From the NCBI GenBank assembly GCA_001179505.1, contig CDMY01000409.1, positions 20,845-84,844 of the forward strand: a DNA stretch of 64,000 bases, written 5' to 3'. A program made the translations under genes and the position numbers. The notes beneath the pieces are model-generated. The model saw only the letters and a program-made list of their open reading frames with translations, did no database searches and had not been told where the DNA came from. This document shows, piece by piece, positions 1-11,310 of this stretch. The stretch's first letter is position 1. Every line of letters starts with the position of its first letter. Origin of the DNA: Vitrella brassicaformis CCMP3155 (Eukaryota > Protista > Chromerida).

Positions 1-345
1 CTGATGTGTGATTTTTGTCCGTCGGTGATTCATCAGTGATTTTCCAGTCATTTTATTACACGGGCAAGGCACTCACTCGAGTGATTTCAAGACAGGCACC
101 TTTCTGCAGCCACGGCTGTCACGTGCATGAGATGTGGGTGTCGCTGCGGGCCGATTGGAGTGTGGCTCAGGTACTGTGCCTCCAGTCGCCCGCAGTGGCA
201 CACATCACACACATGCGACAGCTGCCATGGCAGCAGAAAGAGCGAGTGTGTCAGTGGTTGATGTCGATCGATGGACAATCAAGGCAATGCAACTGACACG
301 GAATGGACAGATCAACTCAACAGATCTGAGCGCACACTGCAGATG
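1..345. repeat. Degenerate dispersed repeat, copy 1 (homologous to ~5300-5690)
   Basis: Shares collinear blocks with 5300-5690: ttattac..gcaaggcactcac..gtgattt..ctgcagcca..ggctgtc and cagatctgagcgcacactgc. Confidence 0.6.
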
Positions 346-779
346 AAATACATGCAGCGCTGCAATTGAGCCTGACGGTGGTTGGAGCTCGAATCGAGGC
401 CGGCGTGCAAGGTCGATTTCGACCCGTAAACGGTGAATCGTGAAACGGTGACTGCGTCGCCGTGGTACCTCTACTGCAGCAAGGGATGACACAGTTGTAT
501 CTATCATCGTGCTGTGACTCACCCGCCTTGCGGTGCGTCACCAGCCTGGAAAGTCTGGCGCAGTGGTGGACGGCACCGCCAGTCTGGTTTTTTCTGAGGA
601 CAGTGCAGAAAGGGAGGCCACACGAGACAATGACACACTCAGGTGTCGCGGTGTCATCACACGGAACACACACTCGCAAACACTTACCAAAGTCAGTGGC
701 CAGATGAGCAAACATCAGCAGCAGCCGAGGCAAGCAGGCGGACGGGGAAGCCGACCGACAAAAAGGGAAAGGAGGGAAA

Positions 780-1290
780 GGAGGTGATAACGTGCTCAAG
801 GGAAGACAAGATGCAACGAGATCTGGGCGAAAAGCACGGCCGGAGGGTCCTTCAGGGCAGTCAGTAGGGGTGTTTCTGAAGCACCCCTTGATCTGCGTGC
901 TTGCACTGATCAAGGGTAAGAAGCTGCCCGCGGGGTGCTTCGGAAGGGTGCTCCCTATCTTGATTTCACTCCAAGGGCACCTTCTCCCAAAGTAGGGGTG
1001 CTGCGAGCTTTCCATGGATCGAAAGCAGCCCTAAATCGAAGGAAGGTGCCCGCCGCAGTCAAAATGCCCTCGAAGCTGCCCCGAAGGGAAATCCCCTCCA
1101 AACGCTCAAAGAACAGACAGATCTGCTCGTTTCTAAGCACACTGCCTTCGTCTTGAGCCCTTGAGAATCACCAGCGTTCTGCTTCTCTCTCATCAAGCCT
1201 GACTTCGTCGCATCGCGTCGGACCCCCTGCTTCAATCAAGCGCTTCGGTGAGGTACCTTAGCGCAGCCAGCTAGTCAAATAAAGCTTGTC
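780..1290. other. Microsatellite-free, hairpin-rich island, possibly an LTR/MITE remnant or structured RNA
   Basis: Inverted repeats aggggtgtttc/gaagcacccct, cccttgatc/gatcaaggg, gggcaccttc/gaaggtgccc; four GGGTG(C/T)T motifs; AATAAA near 1279; no convincing ORF. Confidence 0.3.
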
Positions 1291-2042
1291 CGCCAACACA
1301 CCTCGTGAGCTGTCTGTCTGAGACGAGCACGAACACAGAGAGACAGTCAGGCAGCCCGAGGGGAAGCTTCCCCTCCCTGCTGCCTTGCGTGACTGTCTGC
1401 AGGTGTGTCAGGCCGTGGTTGACGAGCCTACGGAGACATGGACAGGTGAGAGACGACCAACTTGAAGCAGCTGCCTGACTTGCCGTGTCGTTTTGTCTCA
1501 TCCACTGTCTCAATCTGCAGACGCGGCATTTCGCCGTCATTTGGACGACATGATCAAGCTCAGTGGGACCACTTCAACAGGTGGGAAGACACTGTTGATG
1601 CCCGTGCAAAGGTCACGGTCACCAGATGTGGTCGTTGCTTGTGTATATGGCTGGATTCAGAGACCAAATGATGCGGCCACGAGGACCCTCACCACCAGCC
1701 CGTCCGCCTACCCCCTTCAGAGACAACGACATTGAGCCGATTCTGCGCGTTGACCGGTGGGCCACAGAGAATACACAACGTTGCCTGGCTGCACAGGGCT
1801 GCCGTGCTCTCTCCCAGGGGCGTCGACCCGCGTGGCCCGTGCTCTTCCCCCCCTCCCCTGGTGCGCAGTTGGGTGCCCGCAGCAGTCGCAGTACAGCAGC
1901 GCAAGCCACAGCCACCGGTGCAAGCCAACGCAGGTGAACACGACAGACGGACATGCAAGCAGGACCACCACGGGTATGTTAATGTCACAAATGGCACAGC
2001 TAGCCGCGAGAGCCTGAATGGCTTCTTTGTGTCTTGCTTCAG

Positions 2043-3695
2043 CCGTCGTCGTGGCCGCCCCGACGATGCCAGCGACGAGCAAGAGAGTCCCCCTCGTCAG
2101 AGGCGCCGCCTCGAGCCACCTGCTCAGCCCATCCAGCAGCAGCTGGCCGCCAACCACCCTATCCAGCTCATCCAGCAGCCTGCACCCCAGCAGCAGCAGC
2201 AGCAGCAGGGCCGGTCGGTGAAGCCGCCGAGATACATCGCCGTCAAGCATCGGGGTGCGTTCACTATGAACGCATCGAGAAGCTGAGCTCTGGCTCATAC
2301 GGCACGGTGTGGGCCTGCAAGCATGCCCTCACGCGAGAGGACGTCGCCATCAAGATATTCGACCAGCGAGCCCGGGATGGCTTCACCGCTCATCGCTCAA
2401 GCATCAGGGAGGTGGAGACCCTCCAATCGCTGCAAGGCCACCCACACATCGTCAAGATACATCACTCCATGCTCGAGCCGGGCGCCCCCGTCGACCTTAC
2501 CCACATGGTCATGGAGCTGTGCCGCGAGACGCTCAGCCAGTACATCGACAAGGACGGCAGTCCTTGTCCCTTCGGACTGCCCGTCGACCAGCTGCGCGAC
2601 TTCGGCCGGCAGCTCCTGGAGGGCCTCGTGCACTGCCACACCAACGAGACGCTGCACCTGGACATCAAGGTGAGAAGACAGAAGAATAGACCAGACAAGA
2701 TGGACAGGACCGTGAACTGACTGGTGTGGCGTGTGTGTGTGTGTCGTTTTGTTTCAGCCTGGCAACGTCCTCATTGCGTACGACAAGAAGCTGCGACTGG
2801 CTGACTTCGGGATGGCCCACCGGCCCGGCCACCTATTCCGTGTGGACAAACTGGGCACCCCCGAGTATCTCGCACCGGAAGCCTTCCTGGCGCGGGTCAT
2901 GGAAAAGCAAAAAGGTGAGAAGGAGAGCGCACATGGAAGGAATGAAAGAGACGCTAGTGTGGATGTATGTATCTTGTGTTTGTGCAACTAACCGTAGATG
3001 TGGACCAAGGGCACCGTGAGGTGGTCAGCCGCACGATCAGCCACAACCTCAAGAAGCTGGACATGTGGGCGGTCGGCGGGACGCTCTACTACCTCGCCAC
3101 GGGCGACCACCTCGTCACCCGCCCCGACCCAATGAACTTCGACCACATGCTCATCCAGACCCTCCAGATCGTGGGCATGCCCACCGATGCCCTGTGGCAA
3201 GACATCATTGGTGCGATCATCAGCAGGGGGCGCCAGGCAGGGCTCCACAAAACCACGCTCAGCGATTTGCCACCCACAAGATCCCTTATGGACATCTCCT
3301 GGCGATTGGCCGATCGCATCAGAAGCAAGCGCACCGCCGACCGCATCAACCCTGAATTCGCCCGCCACAGCAAGAACATCCTCATGCCCAACAAGCACTC
3401 TGACTGGAACCACGTCTTGGACCTGCTGTCAAAGTGAGGATGGAAGTGGGGCACAGCCAGGCACAGTGAAACGCAACTGTCTCTGTGCTACTGTTTCTGG
3501 CTTCTCAGGTTGTTGCGCGCGCCGTTCTCTCGTCTGAGTGCATCAGATGCCCTCCAGCACCCATTCTTCACCCAGCAGCAGCAGCAGGCGGCAGCGGCGG
3601 CCAGTGCGACCCCCCGGCGCTCTCCGCCTGTCACGCGTCAGAGGTCCGGGGGCAGCCGCACACCGCCCGGAGGGTCAGGGAGGGGGCGGGCCTGA
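2043..3695 (+). CDS. Ser/Thr protein kinase, CMGC/CDK-like, non-RD (multi-exon; 5' end uncertain, may extend to ~1668)
   Basis: Gly-loop LSSGSYGTVW, VAIK, SSIREVETL helix C, HLDIKPGNVL, ADFGMA, GTPEYLAPE, DMWAVG, LQHPFF across four exons with GT-AG introns; stop TGA at 3693-3695. Confidence 0.85.
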
Positions 3696-3866
3696 CGGCA
3701 GGGCGGCGCGGGGGATGGGATACATGGTGTTGCGTGTCGTACATGTGTATTTGGCGTGGGTGTGTGGGTGGGATGTCGGGACGATGTCATAACCCGACGC
3801 AATCGCTTCATGCATACGAGACAGAGAGAGAGAGGGGACGGGTGTGTGGGTGGGAGAGAGGGAGGG

Positions 3867-4166
3867 NNNNNNNNNNNNNNNNNNNNNNNNNNNNNNNNNN
3901 NNNNNNNNNNNNNNNNNNNNNNNNNNNNNNNNNNNNNNNNNNNNNNNNNNNNNNNNNNNNNNNNNNNNNNNNNNNNNNNNNNNNNNNNNNNNNNNNNNNN
4001 NNNNNNNNNNNNNNNNNNNNNNNNNNNNNNNNNNNNNNNNNNNNNNNNNNNNNNNNNNNNNNNNNNNNNNNNNNNNNNNNNNNNNNNNNNNNNNNNNNNN
4101 NNNNNNNNNNNNNNNNNNNNNNNNNNNNNNNNNNNNNNNNNNNNNNNNNNNNNNNNNNNNNNNNNN
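3867..4166. other. Assembly gap (300 N)
   Basis: Run of N. Confidence 0.99.
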
Positions 4167-5299
4167 GAGAGGGAGGGGGTGGGCCAGAGAGAGAGGGCGG
4201 GGGGGGGCTGACAGTGGGGAGCTTGCCTTATGCACAGTGTGGGCTACCGCTCGTTGTACCTACCTGCTGGCTATCGTCACACGCTGATTTCCTGATGAGT
4301 CATCTCTCTCTCGTCTTCCGCTCGTTTTCTCGCCCACTGATTGGTCACTGGAACAGTGTCACCTATAGAGTATCCCGATGGCTGTTTTGTATGGCTACTG
4401 CCACGCAAACTGTGGCATTGTCCTCGCTCATGTCCGCATCCAGCAGCAAAGGCGTGTTGGGGGGCGGCAGGCAAGTGTGGATCCCTATCGAGTGGGGATG
4501 ATCTGATGTCGGTCGGTGCGCTTTTGTCGGTCGGTGCGGTTTTGCAGTGACGTCTGGACGATGAGACGTAAGAAAATGTCTGGCCGCCGTGTGTGTGGTG
4601 TGGGGGGCCGGGGGGGAGGGAGGGAGGGTTTGATGTTGGCGCGTTTTGTGCTTAGCTATCGTGCGTACCCACCCACACATTCATTTATCCATCCATCCAC
4701 TTCACGCATCCACCCATCCATCCCATCTTCCACCTTGCGTCCCACTTCTCGCTTACGTCAATGTCTACGATGCTGCTGCGGCACAAGCGGTCTGTGCTTC
4801 ATCCAGCTGCTTGCTTACAACTGCTACGGTGTTTGCTGTCGATGTCACTGGCAAGTGTTTGAGAGAGAGACTGCCCGTCTTCATCTGGAAACCTCTATTC
4901 TCTCCCCTTCATGTGCGTAACGTACGACCCATCATGCGGCCCGAGCGGCCTGCGTGAGTGTATCATATCATACATAGAACGGGGAGATCAGGGCCGGCGG
5001 GGGGGGGTGGGGGGGTTGGGGGGGGGCTATCTCTCTTGATGCAGCCTGATGGGTGCCTGCGTCTCTGACTTGGGTGTGTGTTCCTGTTTCTGCCCATGTG
5101 TGGCGGGGAGAAGCCCACTGGGCGCCCTCTTTCGTCTCGAGTAGGCCTACCATCGCTGGCAGACTGGCTGCCGGTGCGGACGAAAGAGGCAAGGAGGGCA
5201 CACGTGTGCATGGTCTGGCTGCACTTTTGTGGTGACGTCTCATCTGCCGGCCGGCCGGCTGGCTGGTTCGGTTGATGAGGTGGATCCTGGCTGCTTTGA

Positions 5300-5690
5300 T
5301 GCATGTGTGATGTATTCTCATGTGATTTTTATGTGATTTTATTACCGAGCAAGGCACTCACGGCCTGCAGTGATTTTAATATAGGCGCCTCCCTGCAGCC
5401 ATTGGCTGTCCCGTGTGTGCGCGAATGGATGTGTCACTGTGGGCCGACAGGAGAGGGGTCAAGTGGTCCCTGCTGCGGCCATGCATGGCATGCAGCAGGG
5501 GTTATCCACTGCACTCCCAGCCGTTCCTCAGTGGCACATCCATTCACGCGCCCACACGGGGCGGCCAGGGCCACACACACACAGACAGATACCGACTGCA
5601 TAAGTCGTCCTTGTCTACGGATGGACACCACGTGACGTCACAGAGAATGGACAGGTCGATCGGTTCATCAGATCTGAGCGCACACTGCCT
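5300..5690. repeat. Degenerate dispersed repeat, copy 2 (homologous to 1-345)
   Basis: Same collinear blocks as 1-345. Confidence 0.6.
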
Positions 5691-6966
5691 CTGTGCGGTC
5701 GGTCACCCACCAACCAACCGAGTGCGCCTGACACAGAGCACAGATGGCGTCTCGCTGCCTCCACACATTCACCGCACCAAAGTTGGCCGCACCACAATAC
5801 AATGGACTGACTGACATATGCCGCTACTTCCAACGGCCAAACGAACGAAATCGGCACGGCCGACAGACGGAGGGCGAGATGCACAAGTACGAAGGCAGAC
5901 AGGCAGATCGGGGACGCCATTCGTCCCGCTCACAAACCAAAAATACGCGCACGTACACAGACAACAACAGGCAGGCCACGCGCAGCACCGCAGAAGAACC
6001 ACACTAGAGACGTGCATCCGCAACACAGACAGCCAGCCGTCAGGTCGATATATGGCATTTGGCGTCAATCAGTTCGTGAGTGAGAAGGTGGGATGATGAT
6101 GATGTGCTCATCGTAGGTTTGTGCCTTGTATGGTTTGTGTTTTATATGCGGTCCTCTCGACGAATTCACAGGGGCCGCTGCCGCTGGGTGCATGCCATGC
6201 GGATAACCAACATCAACGTATGTGCCTATGTCAATCTGTCCGAGTGGAGCGCTTCATGGAAAAGAGGAAAGGAAACGGTCCATCCATCCATCCAGATAGG
6301 TGTGTGTGGTGCCAGTGAATAAGTGAATGCAACACTGCAGCCAGGCCATGGCCGTGCACGGCCAACACCACCCACGCCAGCCAGCCAGCCAGCCAGACAA
6401 GATGGACGATGGGATCGCACAAATCACACACAGACAGTGCAGAATGACCATTAAAACTCTGTGTGTCCCCTCCGTGCCTGTGAAACCCTCTGTGTCTGTG
6501 TGTGTCTGTATCCCGCCCGTCTGAAAGAAGTGGTGTAGTAGCTCTACTCGGCTATCTAATGCTGCCGTGGTGGGCCGGGGTGCGGTGCGGGACGAGGCCC
6601 ATATGCTCACCCACAGGCAGTCCCCCATTGTCCGCGACACACACACCCACAGCCAGGCAAGCCGCAGCAAAACGCACAGATACAATCGACACGTACAGAG
6701 TGAGTGAGGGAGGGAGGGAGGGAGGGAGGGCCAGATACACACACAGATTTCTGCAGACAGCAACACAAACTAGGCGCCCCCCACCCATATGTCTGGCAGC
6801 ATCGGTGAGTCACCACTGGCTACGGAGTCAGTGGTATGTGTGCAATCCAGCTACAGCCACAGAGAATCTCCTGCACACACACACAGCCACACAGAGGACA
6901 CGACATCCAGTCATCCATTGGCCTCACAAACCGATTTGTGGCGTACCGGTGTTTTGTGTTGGTTGG

Positions 6967-8589
6967 TCATCCGAGCGATGCAGTGTCGTCAGCGCCGTTC
7001 TCCTCCTCAGCTGCGGCGTCCTCGCCTGTCAAATAAACACACACACGCACGGGTGTTGCGGACAGACATGAGATGTGTGTGCCTCTCTTCCTTTGTTGGT
7101 ACCTCCGCTGCCGTCAGCCATATCGTCACCATCACTGCCGTCTACACCACACACACAGAAGGCCCATCCACCACACGCGGTTTCACTCACATGCTTCCGT
7201 CTCTCCCCTATCGGTACCATCGTCATCGTCGTCGTAGTCATCGTCTACTTGTCCGTCGAGCACGAATGGCGCCACCCCCCACCCCAGCGCCACTCGGGCC
7301 AGCTGAGTGGTCAAGGGGAGGCGGTCCTTGAAGGCACGACCAGCACCAGCCACAGGCGCCTCGGTCGTCGCGACATACACCCGCACTGTAGACAGACGAG
7401 AGAGAACAACACATGTGGCAGTTGACGAGCAGAGCCGCCTGTCTGTCGGCCTGACCGGTGCCGTCCCCCCAATCCGATATGGCAATCCACGCGACAAAGT
7501 TGTGGCTGCTGTTGGTCAGCACCAGGTAACGCACACGACCGTCCCGGCTGAATGTCGTCGAGCAGCCGGCCACCGGTGTGTGGGGCGACTGGGTGAGGAG
7601 GTCATCCAGACGGCCGCCACCAACATACCTGAGCCAACCACACAGACACACACACAATCAAACACACGCCCATCTCGCCACTTGGTGTGCTACCTGTTGA
7701 GCTGGATCAATGTGCGATTGATCGGGTGAGTCGCGTGGAACTGATCGACGATCTTGTTCTTGGCGAATGACGACAATGACGCATCCGTGGTCGGGGCGTC
7801 CGACACCCATCCGCCGGTGGCGCCCAAGTACTTGATGCGTCTGGCCACTGGTGGGTCATGCTCTAGTCGGTGCTGCTGATACAGATGGTGGGCGGCGAGG
7901 GGCGGGTTGACGTCCAGCCGGAAGCGGGGCTCGTCCTTGATGGCCCGCATCTCACCATTGGGATGGCGGAAGATCCGCAGGCAGCTGCCGTCACCGAAGG
8001 CCACGTGTCGGCCGACCACCATCAGCTGCGCCAACACACGGGGAAACGATCTATACGCCTACACCACACCACATACACACAGACAGACAGACAGACAGAC
8101 GGACAGGGAGAAGAATGAGTGAGGCCTTTCTGTTCTCTCACCGCCCCTCTCTGTGTGTGTGTGCCTTACCGTCTTGCTGGCGTGTGTGTTGATGTCATCG
8201 GCCGTGAGGTTGACGGGCAGCTGACAGAAGCCGCAGTCACTGGCCCACTGCAGCACCTCAGCCACCTCGTCCCACTTCTGCTCTTCCACCAGCCAGATGG
8301 CCGCCAGCAGCAGCTGCGCCCCGACCACCGACTGAGTGTCGAAGGTCAGCACCGCGTCCAGCCGCGTGCCGTCAGCGAGGCGAATGCGATGGAGGGAGCG
8401 GTTGAGTCGGCTGCGGAGGATCTGGGCAGGGAAGTCGACCTTGCTGAAGAACAGGGCCGTCCTCCTGATGTTGCCGAGGTCCTTCAGGGTGTGCAGGCCA
8501 TCGCGCTCGTCCCGATAGACGACGTCGAGCACCTGGCCGTTGATGGCAGGCGACGCCTCGTCGGTGCTCTTGCTGTTGACCGCACCCAT
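6967..8589 (-). CDS. Expanded F-box-like family, copy 1, with N-myristoylation motif
   Basis: MGAVNSKS start; core ..LPVNLTADDINTHASKT|AYRSFPRVLAQLMVVGRH..KDEP.F..HDPPV..SLSSFAK..LNR|..GGGRLDDLLTQSPHTPV..|..TTEAPV..FKDR.PLTTQLARVALG..FVLDGQ; acidic terminal micro-exons end ..DDTASLG stop at 6967. Confidence 0.8.
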
Positions 8590-9970
8590 CGCACTCGCAA
8601 AGGCTACTTTCTACCCCACGGAATCGCCGTCATTGAAGCTCGCAATGTCACGATCGAATTCATTGCTCCGCCGAGAGATGACGAGAAGAGAGAGCTTCAG
8701 GTGCGTGTGAGTGTTGCGAATGCCTGCCAGTGCGATGATGTGTGCGGGATGGCCGATTGTGGTTTGAGTTCACGGAGAAGGAGTGTCTGAGTGCAAAATG
8801 AATATGGGCAACACATCGCATTCATTCATTCATCCACTGACACACACCGGTCAGTCAGTCCGTCCATCAACACAGTCAGGCAGGCAGGCCAAAATATTCA
8901 TATGGACGACAGGCAGAGAGGGGAGAGCGCCATTCCTCCAGAGAGAGGGGAGAGCCATGCAGCCATCGTCATGCATCTCTACGACCGACATGCCCAGGCC
9001 TGGCCCACCTGACTGAATCAATGAAGGCGTCAGTCAGGTGCCTCACTCATGATCCCTGGCTATGCAGGCAACACACACACACTTCACGAGAGAGAGAGAG
9101 AGGCCATCGATGTGTACAGACACATACATTCCGTATATGAAGTCAGTCCGTATATACGGATGTGTGTACTCACATAATAATATATACATATCGGTGTGTA
9201 CAGAGATCGACGGACACAGAGAGGGGGGGCAGCCGACGTAAGTAAGGCAATTAGGCACCAGGATGGAGACAAAGCAAGACGCACGCACCGCATGCAGCGA
9301 GCCGCCCCGCCCCACCACCCCCATGCACCACCGCCACCACGAGTAAGTCAGGAGGGCTGGAGCGGATCGCTCCAGTGTGTGTGGAGGCGTATACACATGA
9401 CCGAGTGCCATGCAGCAGCCGCACCCGATACGATGTGAATTTCAGGAAGCCGCCCACAGCCCCAGGGAACCAACAAGTAGGCAAAGCCAACTGACTGCAT
9501 CGGAGCAGCCTGTGTGTCTGATGTGACGGTGTGAGTGGATGGACCACGACTGTGAAGCAGACACTGCCACGTGTGGCCACGTAGGTATGTGTGAGGTATG
9601 TGTGATGTGTGTGGGCATGGAGCAAACAATGCGTCGCAGATGGATAAATGGATAAACGGATGGAAACACAATTTTAGAGTGTGCGGTGCATCGATCGGCC
9701 TGTCTGTCTGTCTGTCTGGGTGAATACACATGCACATGTGTGCACACCTTCACAGAGAGAGAGAGAGGAGATGTCAATCATCAGCCCAACAAAGTAAAGC
9801 ACCGACCGCCCAGCCATCCAGATGGAGAGGAGGGAGGGGCAAAACACATAGACACGGCAGCCAAGGAGTGTTTGAGTGTGTGTGTATTGATTTCTGTGCG
9901 CCGACACGTTCACATCAGTCAGTCAGTCTATCCACATCACATCCACGCACACAGACGCAGACACACACCA

Positions 9971-10002
<32 letters not shown>

Positions 10003-10301
10003 GGGACGTCCGTCCACACAGCCAGGCCAATACATATCGACAGCACACATGCAGCGAGAAAAAGAGAGAGAGAGAGAGATGGAGGAGGCAGCCATTCGTG
10101 GGTTGCCATCAGCAGTGATCTGCACCGGTCAGCGGGCTACAAACAGAGAGGACGGCAGACAGCACTCCGCCACCCTCCTGAGGCCACAACACACACACAC
10201 ACACACACACACAGACAGAGAGGGAGGGATGGCACCAGCCGATGACATTGCAGTGTGTCCGCGGCGCACCGGTGAGTATTGAGATCGGTCTGTGTGTGTC
10301 G

Positions 10302-11005
10302 TCAGGGCGATGCATTGCCGTCACCGCTGCCATCCTCGTGCTCCTCCTCAGCCGACACACCCCCACCTGCCATCGACACAGACACAGACGCACACACGCA
10401 GACGTATGATGCGGGTCGGTGTGGAAGGTAAGGCATCTGTGGCGGGGGCGTCTGTGCCTTCCTCCCTCTCTGTGTACCTCCGCTGTCCTCTCTGTCGCTG
10501 CCGTCATCCATATCATCCCAACCGCCGCCATGGCCGTCGGAATCTACACCACACACAAAGACAGACAGACAGAGAAGTCCTGCCGTCCATCCATCCAACG
10601 CCACCATGTGTCTGTGTGTCCCCTCCCCTCCCCTGTCCGCACCGTCGTCATCCTGCTGCTGGTCTTCTACCTGGCCGTCAAAGACGTATGGCGCCACACG
10701 GGCCAGCGCCACACGGGCCAGCCGAGTGGTCACGGGGAGGCGGTCCTTGAAGGCACCACCAGCACCAGCCACAGGCGCCTCGGTCGTCACGACATACACC
10801 GACACTGCAGACAGACAGACGAGAGAGAACAACACATGTGGCAGTTGACGAGCAGAGCTGCCTGTCTGTCGGCCTGACCGTCGCCGTCCCCCAAATTCGA
10901 AATGATAGTCCACGCGACGAAGGAGTGGCTGCTGTTGGTCAGCACCAGAACTCGCGCATCACCGATGTCATCTTCCCCGCTGAGTGTAGTAGTGCACCCG
11001 GGGAG
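10302..11005 (-). pseudogene. Expanded F-box-like family, copy 2: 5'-truncated C-terminal fragment
   Basis: Only the last exons are present (..VLVLTNSSHSFVAW.., TTEAPVAGAGGAFKDRLPVTTRLARVAL.., acidic tail ending GNASP stop); upstream it abuts the 3' flank of copy 3 at ~11010. Confidence 0.75.
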
Positions 11006-11009
11006 GCGG

Positions 11010-11310
11010 AGAGACCGCTGGATACACACATAGCTCGGCAGACAGACCTAAAAGACAGACCCACCCCAGCCCCTCAGCCCACAGCCAGCCTGGATGGACC
11101 ATCGGCAGCTATCCAGGATGGACCATCGGCAGCTATCCATGCAGCCACTTGAATGCAACCCAGCTACAGGTATTCTCCTGAACACAGACGCACACGCCGG
11201 GAGGGCACGGCATCCATTCACACACACATTCCTCCCTCAGTCTATACCGTCATCGTCGCTGTCGTCGTCCTGCTGCTGCTGTACTTGTCCGTCGAAGACA
11301 TATGGCGCCA
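11010..11310. repeat. Near-identical block shared with 15858-16130 (3' end and flank of copies 3 and 4)
   Basis: gagaccgctggatacacacatagctcggcagacagacc...tacaggtattctcctgaacacagacgcacacgccgggagggcacggcatccattcacacacacattcctccctcagtct occurs at both places. Confidence 0.9.

Noticed and set aside
4277-6800. Many short ORFs rich in CVCV/THTH/LSVC/DRQT
   Set aside because: Translations of (GT)n, (CA)n and (ACAG)n microsatellites; no domain motifs
8590-8700. Protein-like plus-strand segment KGYFLPHGIAVIEARNVTIEFIAPPRDDEKRELQ
   Set aside because: No start, no partner exon and no recognisable motif; overlaps the upstream region of copy 1
9250-10280. Possible small plus-strand exons between family copies 1 and 2
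   Set aside because: Isolated GT/AG-flanked segments that could not be joined into a coherent protein
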